From Mobula birostris (Eukaryota): 64,000 bases of DNA. Position numbers and translations under genes: made by a program. The stretch is from the NCBI RefSeq assembly GCF_030028105.1, contig NC_092375.1:164857415-164921414 (forward strand), given 5' to 3'. The notes beneath the pieces were generated by a model, which saw only the letters and a list, made by a program, of their open reading frames with translations, made no database searches and was not told the origin of the DNA. Below, in pieces: positions 1-12,715 of the stretch; the stretch's first letter is position 1, and every line of letters begins with the position of its first letter.

Positions 1-1136
1 TACGAAACATCCTGACCACTTTGCTGATAGTTTTGTTAGTGCAATGAGAGAGCTTGTAACAGAAAAATCTGAAGAGGATATTGAAACATTCAGTATTTGC
101 ACCCCTGTGGTTAAAAGTGCATTCCAAATAATAAAGCCGTCTTTACCTGCTCAAAAAGACGTGTCAACTCCTTTAGATACACGTGAACCCACGGAAGACT
201 ATAATTCAGCTAATATGCAGCAGTGTGGAAATTTGTTCCAAGCACAAAGCGGATTTTTGCCAGGGAAACTTGATGAAAATCATCAAGTGTACTTCCAATC
301 CTTAAAGACAGGAAAAGAAGCTGAGGTGATTTATGAAGATAAAATAAGACAGAAAGAATCACAATCTGAAGCAGCAGTTCTAAATTCCACATGGATGGTG
401 AAGACTTCCTCTTTATCAGAGGACAAGGAAACTTCAGTTTATACAAGCTCCTTGAAAAAACAATCACCAGTAGACACAAGAGATTCTCCTTGCAACTTTG
501 AATTTGAGGAAGACCACGTGAAAGCTTTGAAAAATTTTACCAGCATTGACAAAGAAGTTCCAGCAGAGAAACTGGAAGATGTCAAAATAATACCCCATAA
601 ATCGGCACTCACAGAGACAGCAATGATTAATAGATCTGAAATTGGTCAGAAACATCAATGGGAAATTGAAGGCCCATCTTATACTGTGAACCTCAACCAA
701 ACAGTGGAAACACCTAACTTAAAAGATCAAAAACAGGCTCTAGAATCATTCAGTTCATTGATGAAAGAGGCACCAGCAGATGAGCAACATAATAAATTTA
801 TTGATCTGAAAGAATCCCCAGAAGCAGAGACTCATTCCAATCAACTTGACAACCATTGTCCGCCAGTAATTGTTCACTATATTACATCTCCTAAAATAAA
901 ACAAGGAGCTCCTTGTGTGCTTGAATGTCAATTTCATGGGAACCCACAACCTACTGTAATTTGGTACAAGGATGAGCGTCCAATTCCACAAAATAGGGAT
1001 TATGATATCTACTTCACAGAAAATAAATCCTTGTTGACTATTAGCTGTACACACAAAGAACATGAAGGAATTTATTCATGCGTGATATTCAACCAGTATG
1101 GTACTGCAACAACAACTTGCGTCCTTACTTTACAAG
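1..1136 (+). CDS. TTN: Titin Novex-3 region, upstream exon (5' end outside window): unique sequence plus one Ig domain
   Basis: Frame open from nt 2 through ORF 44-1189; Ig CPPVIVHYITSPK...EGIYSCVIFNQYGTATTTCVLTLQ resembles the human Novex-3 Ig (recalled); donor CAAG|gtaaat at 1137. Confidence 0.88.
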
Positions 1137-1233
1137 GTAAAATTCATTATACTTCATTTTGTAATTTTTTTAAAAGTATGTTGCAATAAGATAACTGAAG
1201 ATCATAAATTATTATTTTTTTTTTACTTTTCAG

Positions 1234-4200
1234 ATACTGGACCATTTGAAGAACCTTTGAAAACATTTAATATGCATGTGATAGAAACACCAGAGGACTA
1301 TGCTGAAAAAGAATATCCGGACCATCAGGTTGAAAAGGAAGTTGAGTCTTATTTTCCACCAGCTCCACTAATAAAATCCACACTGCAAATACCAAATGTT
1401 TCAGTACCCCCACCACGTCCAGTAAATTTGTCTACTCTATCATCTGTTGTTGAAATTAAAATAACTGCTCCAACTCCAACACCAGAGCGAGATGAAAAAA
1501 AGAGAGAGTTATTTCAATTAGACGAGGTTGAATGGACAGGTTCACCTCAAGAACCCTCCTCTCAATCTACAAAACATAAATTTAAGTTTTCATTTGATGT
1601 AATTTGTGAACCTCCAGAAGTTGTAAAAGAGTTGGATAAGATTTGTTGTACAGAAGGAGAAACAGTGATGTTTGAATGTGTAATTTCTGGTGAGCCAGCA
1701 CCTGTTGTTACGTGGATTCAAAATGATAGAGTTTTAACTTGTGATACAAGCAAACACCAATTTGAAGAGAGTGGAGGAACTTATAGATTGTATATTAATG
1801 ATGTTTCAGAATCTGATGTGGGGAACTATACGTGCATAGCTAAAAATAAGGATGGGGAAGCACAGAGTACATCTAGTCTCACACTAGAACCTGTAATGCA
1901 TAGTTTCATTTACCATCTGAAAGATATTGAGTTATCTGAGGATGAAACAGAATCACCTGTTAGTAAAATGGACCAGGGTGAAGATGTTGAGCAGCAATGT
2001 CAGAAGGAAAACAGCAATAATTCTCTTCCATTAAATTCAGAGAAACGAACCATTCATGTGGATTCTGAAGTTGGTGATTTTTCTCCAACCACTGCAGATG
2101 GATTTTCAAGCATTGTTTCATCTTTAAAGGAAGACAGCGGCGAAGTTGTATTGGACTCATTGAGTTCTTTTGATAATGAACTTTTAAGTAAAAGTTTACC
2201 TTTAAGAGAAGAAAGTAATGAAATAGTTGCAGAATCAGTGACTAATTTTGTTGATGATATTTCAAATAAATGTCCTTCTTTAGAAGTAATTAATACTACA
2301 ATAATAAGAAATTCAGATGTGACAGGGTCAAAAGCAGAGAAAATAACAGAAGAAACCTGTTCTGTCAGCCAATATTTACGCGATCTTGATAAAAGTCGTA
2401 AGTTATCAGAAGATCAGGAGATGAATAAAGAAATAGAAGTAAAAGACATCAAGTGTGCATTTTTAGAAGAAATTCATGAAGATAGTTTACTTTCAGAAGG
2501 TGGAATTAAGCAAGTTGTTGAAAGTAATAAAGGAGAAGTAGAAAAAATTACCTCAGAGATGGAGTTAAGTCATTCAGTGTTTCAGAAAAATATTTGTGAT
2601 ATTGGTGAAGATTCAGTGGAAACATTTTCTAAGAAGGATGAGCCGAGTGAAAATATTTCCATTGCACAATATCTCCTTACTGCAAGAGAGGAAGAAGCAC
2701 CAATTCATGATTGGGAAAACAATGAGGCCTTTCAGCATGATGAGTCTGGGATTACTTCAATGGAAGTTGAAGAAGTAACATTTTCTGCTGTTTATGACTA
2801 TTATAATCAAAATGAAGAATGGACACGGTCCCTTTCTCCTGAATCTGAAATGTCAATTGAAATTAGTAGCACAATTAGCGATGAAATAGCAGAGAATGAA
2901 AGATTTTATACACCACCCTTGGCTTCAGAAAATTTCAGATCTGTTGTATCTGCAGAGTCATTTCATACACCACTTCAGTCACCTGGCTTTGTGACTCCAG
3001 AAGAAAGATTGCCATTACTTAACGCTGTGGGTAGATCTCCTAATTATGAACTAGAAAGATTTTACACGCCATCAGACCATTTTAGATCACCAATAGATGA
3101 GGGTATTGAAACAACACCTATTGAATGTTCAAGACTCTCCACTGAAGAGCAAAGATTGGAAGCATTTTCAACTCCTCCACAAGAAGCTGAAGCTAAAGGA
3201 AATGAAATGCCTCCAGCATTTATTAAACCCCTTACTAGGAAAAGGATTCATGAAGGAGGCTCACTTACATTTATTACAGAAGTAATTGGTTGCCCAATTC
3301 CAGATGTGAAGTGGTATAGAAGAAAATTGTTATTAGAGCGAAATCACAAAATTAGAGTAGAAAGAGAAGGAAATCTGTGCATTTTAGTGATCCATAACAT
3401 GCAAAGAGAAGATGAAGGAGAGTATATTTGCAATGCTGTTAACGTTGTAGGAGATGCGAAAAGTATTGCTCAGGTGGATGTTTTAGCACAAGATGCAAAG
3501 TTAGTTGCATTGCCACCACCAGTGACACATCAACATGTGATAGAGTTTGATGTACAGCAAGAACAAACATCAAGATCTCCTTCACCTCAAGAAATTCTTC
3601 TGGAAGTTGAACTTGATGAACATGAAGTGAAGGAATTTGAAAAACAGATAAAAATTATTACAATTCCTGAATTCACTCCTGACAATAAAAATATGATCAT
3701 ATCACTAGATGTCCTTCCTGTGATGATTGCTGATGAGTATAATGTAGGCTTGACAGCAAAAGAAAATGGAGATGTGAAAATTGATTTAGAAGTCACTGAA
3801 ATGCCCCCACGGTTTACTAGTTATATTTTTGATCTTGATATTCCAGAAAACACTGATGCAGTATTTGAATGTTCTGTGACAGGTATTCCTCCTCCAGAAA
3901 TAACATGGTTCAAAGATGATTTGCATATAACTGTGGATGGTACGAAATACATTAGAAAAGATAACTCAAATCATAGTCTTAAAATAACAAATGTTTGTCC
4001 TTCTGACAATGGCATATACAGTTGCAAGTTAGTGAATAGTGTTGGAGAAGCAACATGTAGAGGATATCTTGCAGTAACAAACTCAAACATGGCACTAACA
4101 AAAGCAAGTGGTAGAGCTGTAGCTGCTTTATCACTGGCTGGTGCTCATGAACGTTCACAGGAATTAGATGTTGTTGTTGGTGATTCTTCACCAGATGTCA

Positions 4201-4712
4201 ATCATAGTTCAGAATTTGAGGTTGAGTTTGAATTTGAGCAAGGCAGAGATGAATCTCAGAAATCCGTGAAACTTGTTGCTGTAACAGAGAAAGGAAATAA
4301 GGAAAAAGGAGAAAAATGTGTGAATATCAATTTTGATGTATTTGCTGAACCTGCCAAAGATGAGACAATTCAGTTTAAAGCAGAGGCTTCTGAAACATGT
4401 TCATTTGAATTTCAAGTAACAGAGATTCCACCCAAGTTTGTGATTTCACTTCTTGACTGCAACACAGCCATAGGGAACACAGCATCTTTTCAATGCTATG
4501 TAACTGGTACTCCAAAACCAAGTATAAATTGGTATTTCAATGACAGATTACTTGAAGGTACCAATTACCTAATTGGGGAAAAAGATTCTGGGCAACATTA
4601 TCTGAACATTGTAGGTGTTACAGAAAGTGATGCTGGAGTCTACAAGTGCAAAGCCGTTAACAAAGCTGGAAATGCAGTTACATGTGCTGTTTTAAAAGTA
4701 TTTTATGCATAA
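1234..4712 (+). CDS. TTN: Titin Novex-3 terminal exon: four Ig domains and unique segments, ending at TAA
   Basis: Acceptor tttcag|A at 1233/1234 in frame with upstream exon; uninterrupted ORF; VALPPPVTHQHVIEFD, RSPSPQEILLEVEL, KIDLEVTEMPPRF and FEFQVTEIPPKF match the recalled Novex-3 C-terminus; stop 4710-4712. Confidence 0.92.
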
Positions 4713-4810
4713 AATACTTCTGAATGTCCTTTACATACTTAGAATAATGAAGTATTTTGATATTTATCATATGTAGCATGTTTAGGGATGTGTTAATTTC
4801 TGACACAATA

Positions 4811-4816
4811 ATTAAA
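4811..4816 (+). terminator. Candidate poly(A) signal (ATTAAA) for the Novex-3 isoform
   Basis: Variant PAS about 100 nt after the Novex-3 stop, with T/GT-rich sequence downstream; alternative AATAAA at 6214-6219 and 6299-6304. Confidence 0.35.
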
Positions 4817-7800
4817 TTGATTTTAACATTACAAATTTTATTTGGTATTGCTAAAATGTTGAAAAATTTACTCTGGAGTAGTGTATCAGTAGGAAAGCTG
4901 ATATTTAGATGTTTAAAACATTAATCAAGTTAAAATACTGAACATTTTGGATTAAGGACATGAAAAGGTCTGGCTAGTAAGGCTAGTTTGTTGAAAATAT
5001 TGATAACTCAAGAGATTTTGCATGAAGCAGCTAAACCATTAATGTTTAACCTCTTAAACTGTGATTATATTGCATCTGGTCACAATGAAGGTTACAGAAT
5101 TACTGAACTTCCTTTACAATAACTGTAACAAAATTTTACTTTTATATACACTTGATCTTTTTTTCAATTTATGTTGTATATTCACCATCAGACGTAACTT
5201 CCTCCTTTTTAGTTCTTATAGTGTGAGTAAAATATAAAGACATACAGTTGCATTGATGCAAATTAGTTCTATCATTGCTCCTCTATTTCCTGTTCAATAT
5301 TATGATGTATTTAAAAATACCAGGGCAAACTGAATAGGTTGATAGAAGCTTTATTGGGACATTGTAGTTTAGGATGAGCAGACATAATTTCAAAATCAGA
5401 ACCAGGTTTTTCAAAAAATGAATATAGAAAGACTAATACAAGCAGACATTAATAGAAGTTTGGAATCCTCATCTACAGATGGCAATTCCTGTTAAGTCAT
5501 TAAGTATAATACTCATAGTTTCTGTTATTGAAATTAATTAGTATCTAAATGTCAGAACAGACTTATTGCCCTATTGGTTAATTACAGTTATTTTGTTCCT
5601 TTTTTTCATTTGGGCGTAAGTGTTATTTGAAACATTTATCATTTTAAAAACTTAAATTATTTAGGTTAGTTATGCTGAACTTAATATGACATTCTTCTGA
5701 CAATATTTTATATGGATCATGAACCTTATTTATTTTAATCCATCTAAGGTATAAATTATTGCTTTATAGGGAAATACCAAATAAATCATTTGCTAATGTC
5801 TTTCACAACTACAGAATAATATATAAAAATCTAGTATCCTTGAGCTACATGAAAGTGACCTCTCAAATATTGTGTGTTGCAATTGGGAGAAAGATAAACC
5901 AAATTAAATTTCTAAAAAGGGTGCTAACTATCATAAGGCATTCTGAGATGGTCAGATTTCTAGCAGGTCAGAATCCGTGCCTTAAGATGGAATATTATAG
6001 ATGCTTAAACATGATTGTTTTGGTGGCTTTTAAGTATCAATCTGAAAAGTCTAATTCCAATAATTAGAAATAATTAAATTTTATCTACTCTCTCCTCATC
6101 TTCTTTTACCTTCCTTCCCATTTCTTAGCTAAAGTAGAAAAGAATCTATTCCCAGATTTCTACTGCTAGAAAGTGAAGAGTCCATTTGACTCTGCTTCAC
6201 TTTCCAGCCTTCTAATAAAAAGGTGTTTACCATTTCTGTCTTATCCTGTTACCTTCATAAATGAGGCAGGAAATTTGTTGTTATGGAATCGTACATTAAA
6301 TAAACAAATCTTGCCATTCTGTGCTTTAGTTCATTTAAAAACATATAATATGTCTAATAATCTACATGTTTAAAATTAGATTTACTCATTGCTTTTTGTA
6401 TTACTTTATTGTTTTTGTTAATACATTTGTCCTGTCTTTAGACATTAGCAAGGTTCAGAGTCAAAAATGTAAACTTTGGTTCAGACTGAACTAATGTTTG
6501 CTGTTGGAGGAAGTTTATTAAAGATCATGATGGAGTTTCGTAGGTACTGGGGGAATTATTAGTCTGGCAGTCAGACAGTAAAATATTTGATGAGTCCAGA
6601 GATTTTAAAAATAACTTAATAGAGATTATTTCAAAGTGGAAATCTCCTCTTTGATAATCTTGCAAATAATAAAATTGTTTCTGCATTTTTATGAGTCAGA
6701 TCATTGCAGATCATTTTAATATTTACTTTCTAATCAGTTAATCTTACATTTTAAATGAAGTTATTTCATTGCATTGAGTCATTTTTGCACAAACTATATA
6801 AAATATGTGATATTTTAAAATTAACAAGCTTTAGTGGTTTGGATTCCGAAAGTTCATGGCCAATTTATTGAAGTTGTAAATTTAGAAAGCAGGTACCTTC
6901 CGTGACATCAGCATGAGTATTTTAATAAGCACACTTCTAATGATAATCTCAGTATGGTAATCTAGTTGCTTGAAAGCATGCATTGTTTCCTGTTTTATAT
7001 GGCACATTTGACATGATATTAAAGTGTGATTATTATTGCACCTGTTGCGAGGAACTGTTGAATGCTACAACTATTCATTCCTTCTGCAGGTTTCTATTGT
7101 TAGTAATCGTAGTTATGTTTTATTTTACTGTGAACACTTATGTGTGCGCAGCTCCTGGCTCTGTTGTCATGTAAATATACAGCTGGTATGCAAGATATAG
7201 TCTCTTTTGATTATCCCACCACTGCTTAAGACAGAAACTTATACTAAGTTCTGGTTCCAAGGGTGGTAGCAGCTTCCTCTCGTGCTCCTGAACTAAGTGC
7301 TTTGATGTTTGCTTGTTGGGATAAATAGTTTAATTGTAAGTCAATACAGTGAATGTAATCTTGCACTTAATAACTGCAAATACTCCCGTTATGGATTGTT
7401 TGAGATCAGCCTGCAACTGTTGGCTGTTTTCTTGTACTATAGCTTGGAATTACTGATATCAATTTTAACATTTCATTGCTGTCTAGGTAAGAGAAGTTAA
7501 CCTAAATCAGAGATTTATAGGTAGCTTTCAGCTGTTTTGTTGACAACCAAAATTACAGCATTGATTTTGCTATCACCAGGTGCAGTATATTCCTACAATA
7601 TCATAGGAATACAATATCTCTTGATGTGACTTAACAATCAAATTTTGATATATTTGATGAGAAATATGTATTTCAGTGAATGAATAAAGCTTATATTAGA
7701 AATTACTTTTAAGTCTGTTGAAAATTTGTAGCATGCACTACATTTTTGTGTGATAGTAACACTATCATGAATGCCCTGGGCAATGATTCTAGATTTACAG

Positions 7801-8263
7801 AATGCCAGCCACTACTAACAAACTTCAACCTATGTAGTTTGTTTTTTCCACTTTTGAGTTGGACATGCAAATATTGATTACGTATCGGATATTTTAATAC
7901 CCAAGTTAATTGCGTGAAGACACAAATTTTGAATCAGTGAATTTGAATAAATGGTATGTTAAAACAAGTTTAACGAAGTATGTTTTTATTTAAACTACTG
8001 TGGTGTTGCTAAAATTGTTTTTAGGAAAAATAAAACCTCCTTAATTTTCTGAGCTGATTCTATATACAGTGACATGCCTAGTACATATCTAGATTGAAGA
8101 TAAATATTTAAAGAAGATTTATAGAATTTTAACCTTTTGGAGAAAAAGAAGCTTTCCACGAAGTGACATAAATAATTCTGGTGATTTTTGTTTGCTTTCC
8201 AATATTTAGCAGTACTCACAATCAACATGCCTTCTAAACTTAAACATTTTATTTCTTACACAG

Positions 8264-10358
8264 AATTTTCTAGATCTGTATTTATTGCTGCTGAGGATAA
8301 GAGGGAAGGTTTCTACTTGAGTGAACTTGAAACATTTGAACTCAGCACTGAAATTCCTGTTCCGTTGAACATATTGGACAAAAAAATGATGCTGAGCTTT
8401 TAAAATCTGTGCCAGTATTCATCAAATGTATTTCTAAGATGGAGGTGGTTGTGGGAGATATAACTAAATTTTCTGTCACTCTTAGTGGGTTACCTGAGCC
8501 CTCTATTCAGTGGTTTTATAATGGTAAAAAATTGACTCTTTCATTGAATTACAAGTTTGTTTATGCTAAGGATGAATATAGTCTAATTATTCCTTACACA
8601 AAATGTATGGATGAAGGAGAATATACCTGTACAGCTACTAATGTGCTTGGTGAGACTTCATGTAGTGCATACCTAAAAATCAAGCTAAAGGATTTAGGAA
8701 ATCAACTACAAGACCTCCAGTGGCAAAACTTCCAGAAAAAAAGAGAAGTAAAGAAGCTATGATAGTAAAACAAACAAAAGCTTTCTTTGTATCGGGGGGG
8801 TGAGGCACCACAGTTTTATAAATAAATTAAATCTTTGCAGTGCCTTAAAGACGTGCCTGCTAGATTTGAGTTTTTAGTTACAGGAAAGCCAATGCCAGAT
8901 GTGCTTTGGTATAAGGGATAGTACCAGATCAGTCAGTGTGTGCATTACAACCTGAGCTACAACTCCAGTGGCTCTGGTTCACTAACTATCCATAATGCAC
9001 AGAAGGAGGATAGTGGCCGGGACTCCTGCAAAGCATTTAACTCATTTGGAGATGCAACTTGCACTGCAGAGATAATTGTGATTACCAAGTAAAGAAGCAC
9101 AGCCAGACCAAGCAGAACAAACTGAATCCTTTGAAATGAAAATTGACAACTTGCTTCCTGAAGTCAAAACTGATCCTCTGCCAGAAAAATATCTCCCGTC
9201 TGTATCTCTACCTATACAAAAATCAAAAGAGAAAATGTTTACAATTGAAGAAAAAGGGCAGTGTGCAGTAATAAGAGTCTGATAATACTTTCAAACAGTT
9301 CAGTACTACAACAGACTGCGCAATAGTTGAAGATGGTTCTTTTGTCATTTTCAAAGCCATAAATACAGCAGTTTGTGAAAATAAATATGAACCAAAACTA
9401 ACTTCAACTTCTGTGCAAGTTAAAGAAAACACAATGTCTATAGAAAGTACTAATATGCTAGAGTCTGCAGAAGAAGATTTTGTAATAGGGATCCAGAGGG
9501 ACAGTTAGCAAGATTTCCATTGTTGCTTCAAGAAAAACAAATTATTGAAGAAGAACGCTCTTCAGATCTTAAGCTAGGTACAGTTGCAAAGCCAGCTGAT
9601 AGGCTAGAAAAATTAGGCATCAGTATCACTCCTGCAAAAAGGACAGTAGAAGCTGTCAACATTGATGAAAGTAATTTGGATATGGGGAAGGATAGGATGG
9701 GAAGAACTGAACTAAAAATACAGACTGAAGAGTTATTGCAACCTACAGTTACCCAGCAGTACCCAAAGAAAGCAGCACCTAGTTATAAAGGAAAAGAGCA
9801 GCCAGCAGTTTCAGCAGATAAATCAACATCGGGTGTATCAACTGAAGCTATATATCAGGAAACACAATCTCAACAACGTGTAGCAATGGCTAAATCAGAG
9901 GGTTTTTCTCAAGAATTTAAATCTGTAGAGTCAATTGGAAAAATGGAAGTTGTGAGTCATGTAAAAGATATTAGAGATGCAATACTTAGCACTGGTGCCC
10001 CTTCGCTGTCTGTTCTCGTCAAACCCTTGTATTTCTAAAATGAAAATGCCAAGCAAAACACTAATAAAACGTACTATAGTCAATCCAATTATTATTAAAG
10101 GCCTTATTGATATCATTGCAGATGAAGGCAGCCAAGTGACATTTAGCACGTTGATAAAAGGAGTGAGAAGTGTAAATTGGTATATCAATGGGAAGAAAAT
10201 TACTTCAAAAATTAGTTCAAATGTTTTCAGGATTTCGATACATATTCACATAATCAACAAAGTACAGAAAGAGGAACATCAAGGAGAATATGTCTTTGAG
10301 ACACTGATTGAAGCAAGAAAAGCAACTACTTCTGCAAAACTTACTGTTGTAATAAGAG
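8264..10358 (+). pseudogene. TTN: Degenerate cardiac N2B exon (I24, I25, N2B unique sequence, I26) with multiple frameshifts and stops
   Basis: Acceptor ttacacag|8264 and donor AGAG|gttgga 10359; I24 in ORF 8409-8762; I25 GEAPQFYK*...WYKG*...; RFPLLLQEKQIIEEE resembles human N2Bus; I26 ends AKLTVVIR; in-frame stops 8823-25, 8919-21, 9090-92 and several frame switches. Confidence 0.88.
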
Positions 10359-11188
10359 GTTGGATTATGGGGATAAAACTTTATGAATATGAAATTCACA
10401 ATCTAATCCATTCAACTGACAAAACAGTTAACTTTTGTTTTTATTTTACTCTAATAAATTAATATGACTCAATCTTTTGTCCCACCACCCTTTTCCTTCT
10501 TTCTTTCCCATAATATTTTAATGGTAAGGAAGTAATTATGTTACCGATTTGGTATCAAAATAAAATGCCGTCAAAGCTTGTTAAAACCACATTCTTTTTC
10601 CCCCCACGAAATATGCATTATAAATGTTAAATCTTGACAGTATTGTTTTAAAAAAAACTTAATGTGAATTTAATACTCTTTATGTGATCTTCATATGCTT
10701 TTACTAACAATAACAAAGAGCACTTAAAGTTAACCTTATGTTTAAAATATTGCTATGGATATTTTATTCAATTTTTACACTTTTTTATTTTGATATTAAC
10801 AATTAATTAACGTCAACTGCCATTTTAAAATTTTTACTAACACAATATTGCTCTCATCCCCATATCCATTTTTGAGGAGATGCTAGATAATTATCATCAC
10901 CATCACTGTTCCATAATGAGAGGACAATTGAATATTTCTATACTCTTCATACTGTATATGTCAAATAAATGTTGAATTTCACCCATTGAAATATTTTCAT
11001 TGAGCACAGCCAGCTAACAACTTTAAACCATTATTTCTTCTCTACAGTCACTCCATGGATTCTTAATTTCTGCCACCCTTTCTTCTTTCACTTCTGAGAT
11101 TTCAGCGGGCCAGGACTAAACTCTATGCTGAAAGAATTAGTTTGTTGTTACAATCTTCTTACATTTTCTTTTAAATTTATATCTACAG

Positions 11189-11467
11189 TGCCTCCAGCTT
11201 TCAAAAGGAAGATTGAATCACAGGAGGTGATAATTGGACATGCTACTCAGTTTGAATGTGAGGTTGAACCTGTATCTGATGTGAGGTTCCAGTGGTTCCG
11301 GGCTAGAGCCGAACTCCGTGATAGTGAAAAATATAGCATTGTGAACAAGAAATATATTTCCATCTTGAAACTTCTGAAGCCACAGCTAATTGACTGTGGA
11401 GAATATACTTGCAGAGCATCAAACCAGAGTGGAAGTGTAAGCAGCACAGCTAAATTGATTGTGACTG
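11189..11467 (+). CDS. TTN: Titin I27 exon (human exon 50 equivalent)
   Basis: 279 nt, ag|...|gtaagt; VPPAFKRKIESQEVIIGHATQFECEVE...AKLIVT. Confidence 0.93.
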
Positions 11468-11602
11468 GTAAGTAGATTAAGTTTTGATTTTTATGTTTCA
11501 CTTAATAATTCAATTTTCAATTTGATTTGGTCTTAGAAGATTTGCATAGATTTAGCTTTATGTTACCATTTCATGTAATCAGAATGTTAGTTTCATACTT
11601 TA

Positions 11603-12715
11603 AATAATGACCTGGATAGAAGCAACAAAGGTACTACTGCTAAATTTGCTGAAGGCACAAAAATAGATGGCACAGTAACCAGTGAAGGTGACAAAGTGAA
11701 TCTACAAAGGAGTATTGATAGGTTAAGGGAGTGTGCAAAGGTCTGGCAAATTGAGTATCATGTCAAAAAATGTGGAATTGTCTATTTTGTTAGAAAAAAT
11801 TAAGTATATCATCTAACTGGTGAGAGATTGCAAGGCAATCAAGAGAAAATCTGTAGATGCTAGAAATCTGAGCAACACTCACAAAATGCCAGAGGAACTT
11901 AGCCAGTCAGGCAGCATCTATGAAAAACAGTACAGTTGATGTTTCAGGCCGAGACCCTTCTTCAGGATTGGAGAAAAAAGATGAAAAGTCAGAATAAGAA
12001 GATGGAGGAAGGGATTGCAAAACTCTGAGGTGTAGAAGGATCTCAATGTTCTAATGCATGACTCACAAAAGGCTAGACTGCAGGTATTACAAATAGGAAA
12101 GTGAACACAAAGTTATTATTTATTGATAGGTGAATTGAATATCAAAGTGGAAATGTTTTGTGGAGCATTCCTAAGACTTTGGACTACAGCATTCATTATT
12201 GGTCTCATTATATAAAGAAGGATGCTTATACTGTACATTGAAAGCGTTTTAGGAAGGATTTACTAGACTAATATCTCAGATATGCAAGTTTTACAAGGAA
12301 GCACTTTGGAACAGGCTAGGCTCATATTTACTGGGGTTTGAAAGAGTGAGAGGGATCCTGGGAGTCTTCAAAGGGTGGTTGCTGAGAGGAAATTAGCTCT
12401 TGACAGAGCCTCTTAATCTAGTGGTCTCTGTTTAAAAACATGGAGTTACCCATAAAAATAGAGATGAAGTGATACTTTTCTCTCATTGGGTTGTGAATCA
12501 TTGGAATTCTCTTCTTCGAAGGTGGGTGGAAGCAGTGTTTTCAAATATTTTTAAGGTAGAGGTAGATAGATGCTTGTAAAACAAAGAGGTAGGCAAGAAT
12601 ACAGAAATGCGATTACAATCACATTGGTCCTTATTTTATTGAATTGTGGAAGACGTTCAAGGGATTGAGTGGCCTGCTCCTGTTCCTAGTTTGTGTATTT
12701 GTATGTATGTTCATA
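11603..12715 (+). mobile_element. Degenerate CR1-clade LINE 3' fragment, interrupted by a Penelope tail
   Basis: Remnant translation NDLD...AKFAEGTK...LQRSIDRLRE.AKVWQIEY (RT C-terminus), decayed 3' region. Confidence 0.7.
11838..12030 (-). mobile_element. Penelope-like element 3' terminal fragment containing a fossil hammerhead ribozyme
   Basis: Reverse complement of the tail at 48939-49040; minus strand caatcCTGAAGAagggtctcggcctGAAACATCaactg at 11933-11970. Confidence 0.7.

Noticed and set aside
5759-8228. Short ORFs between Novex-3 and N2B as hidden exons
   Set aside because: AT-rich, no Ig motif and no convincing splice-site pairs
8264-10358. N2B lesions as pure sequencing error
   Set aside because: Several lesions are substitution-type stops and core-residue changes outside homopolymers, and over 20 kb of neighbouring coding sequence is lesion-free; only the A7 run stays ambiguous
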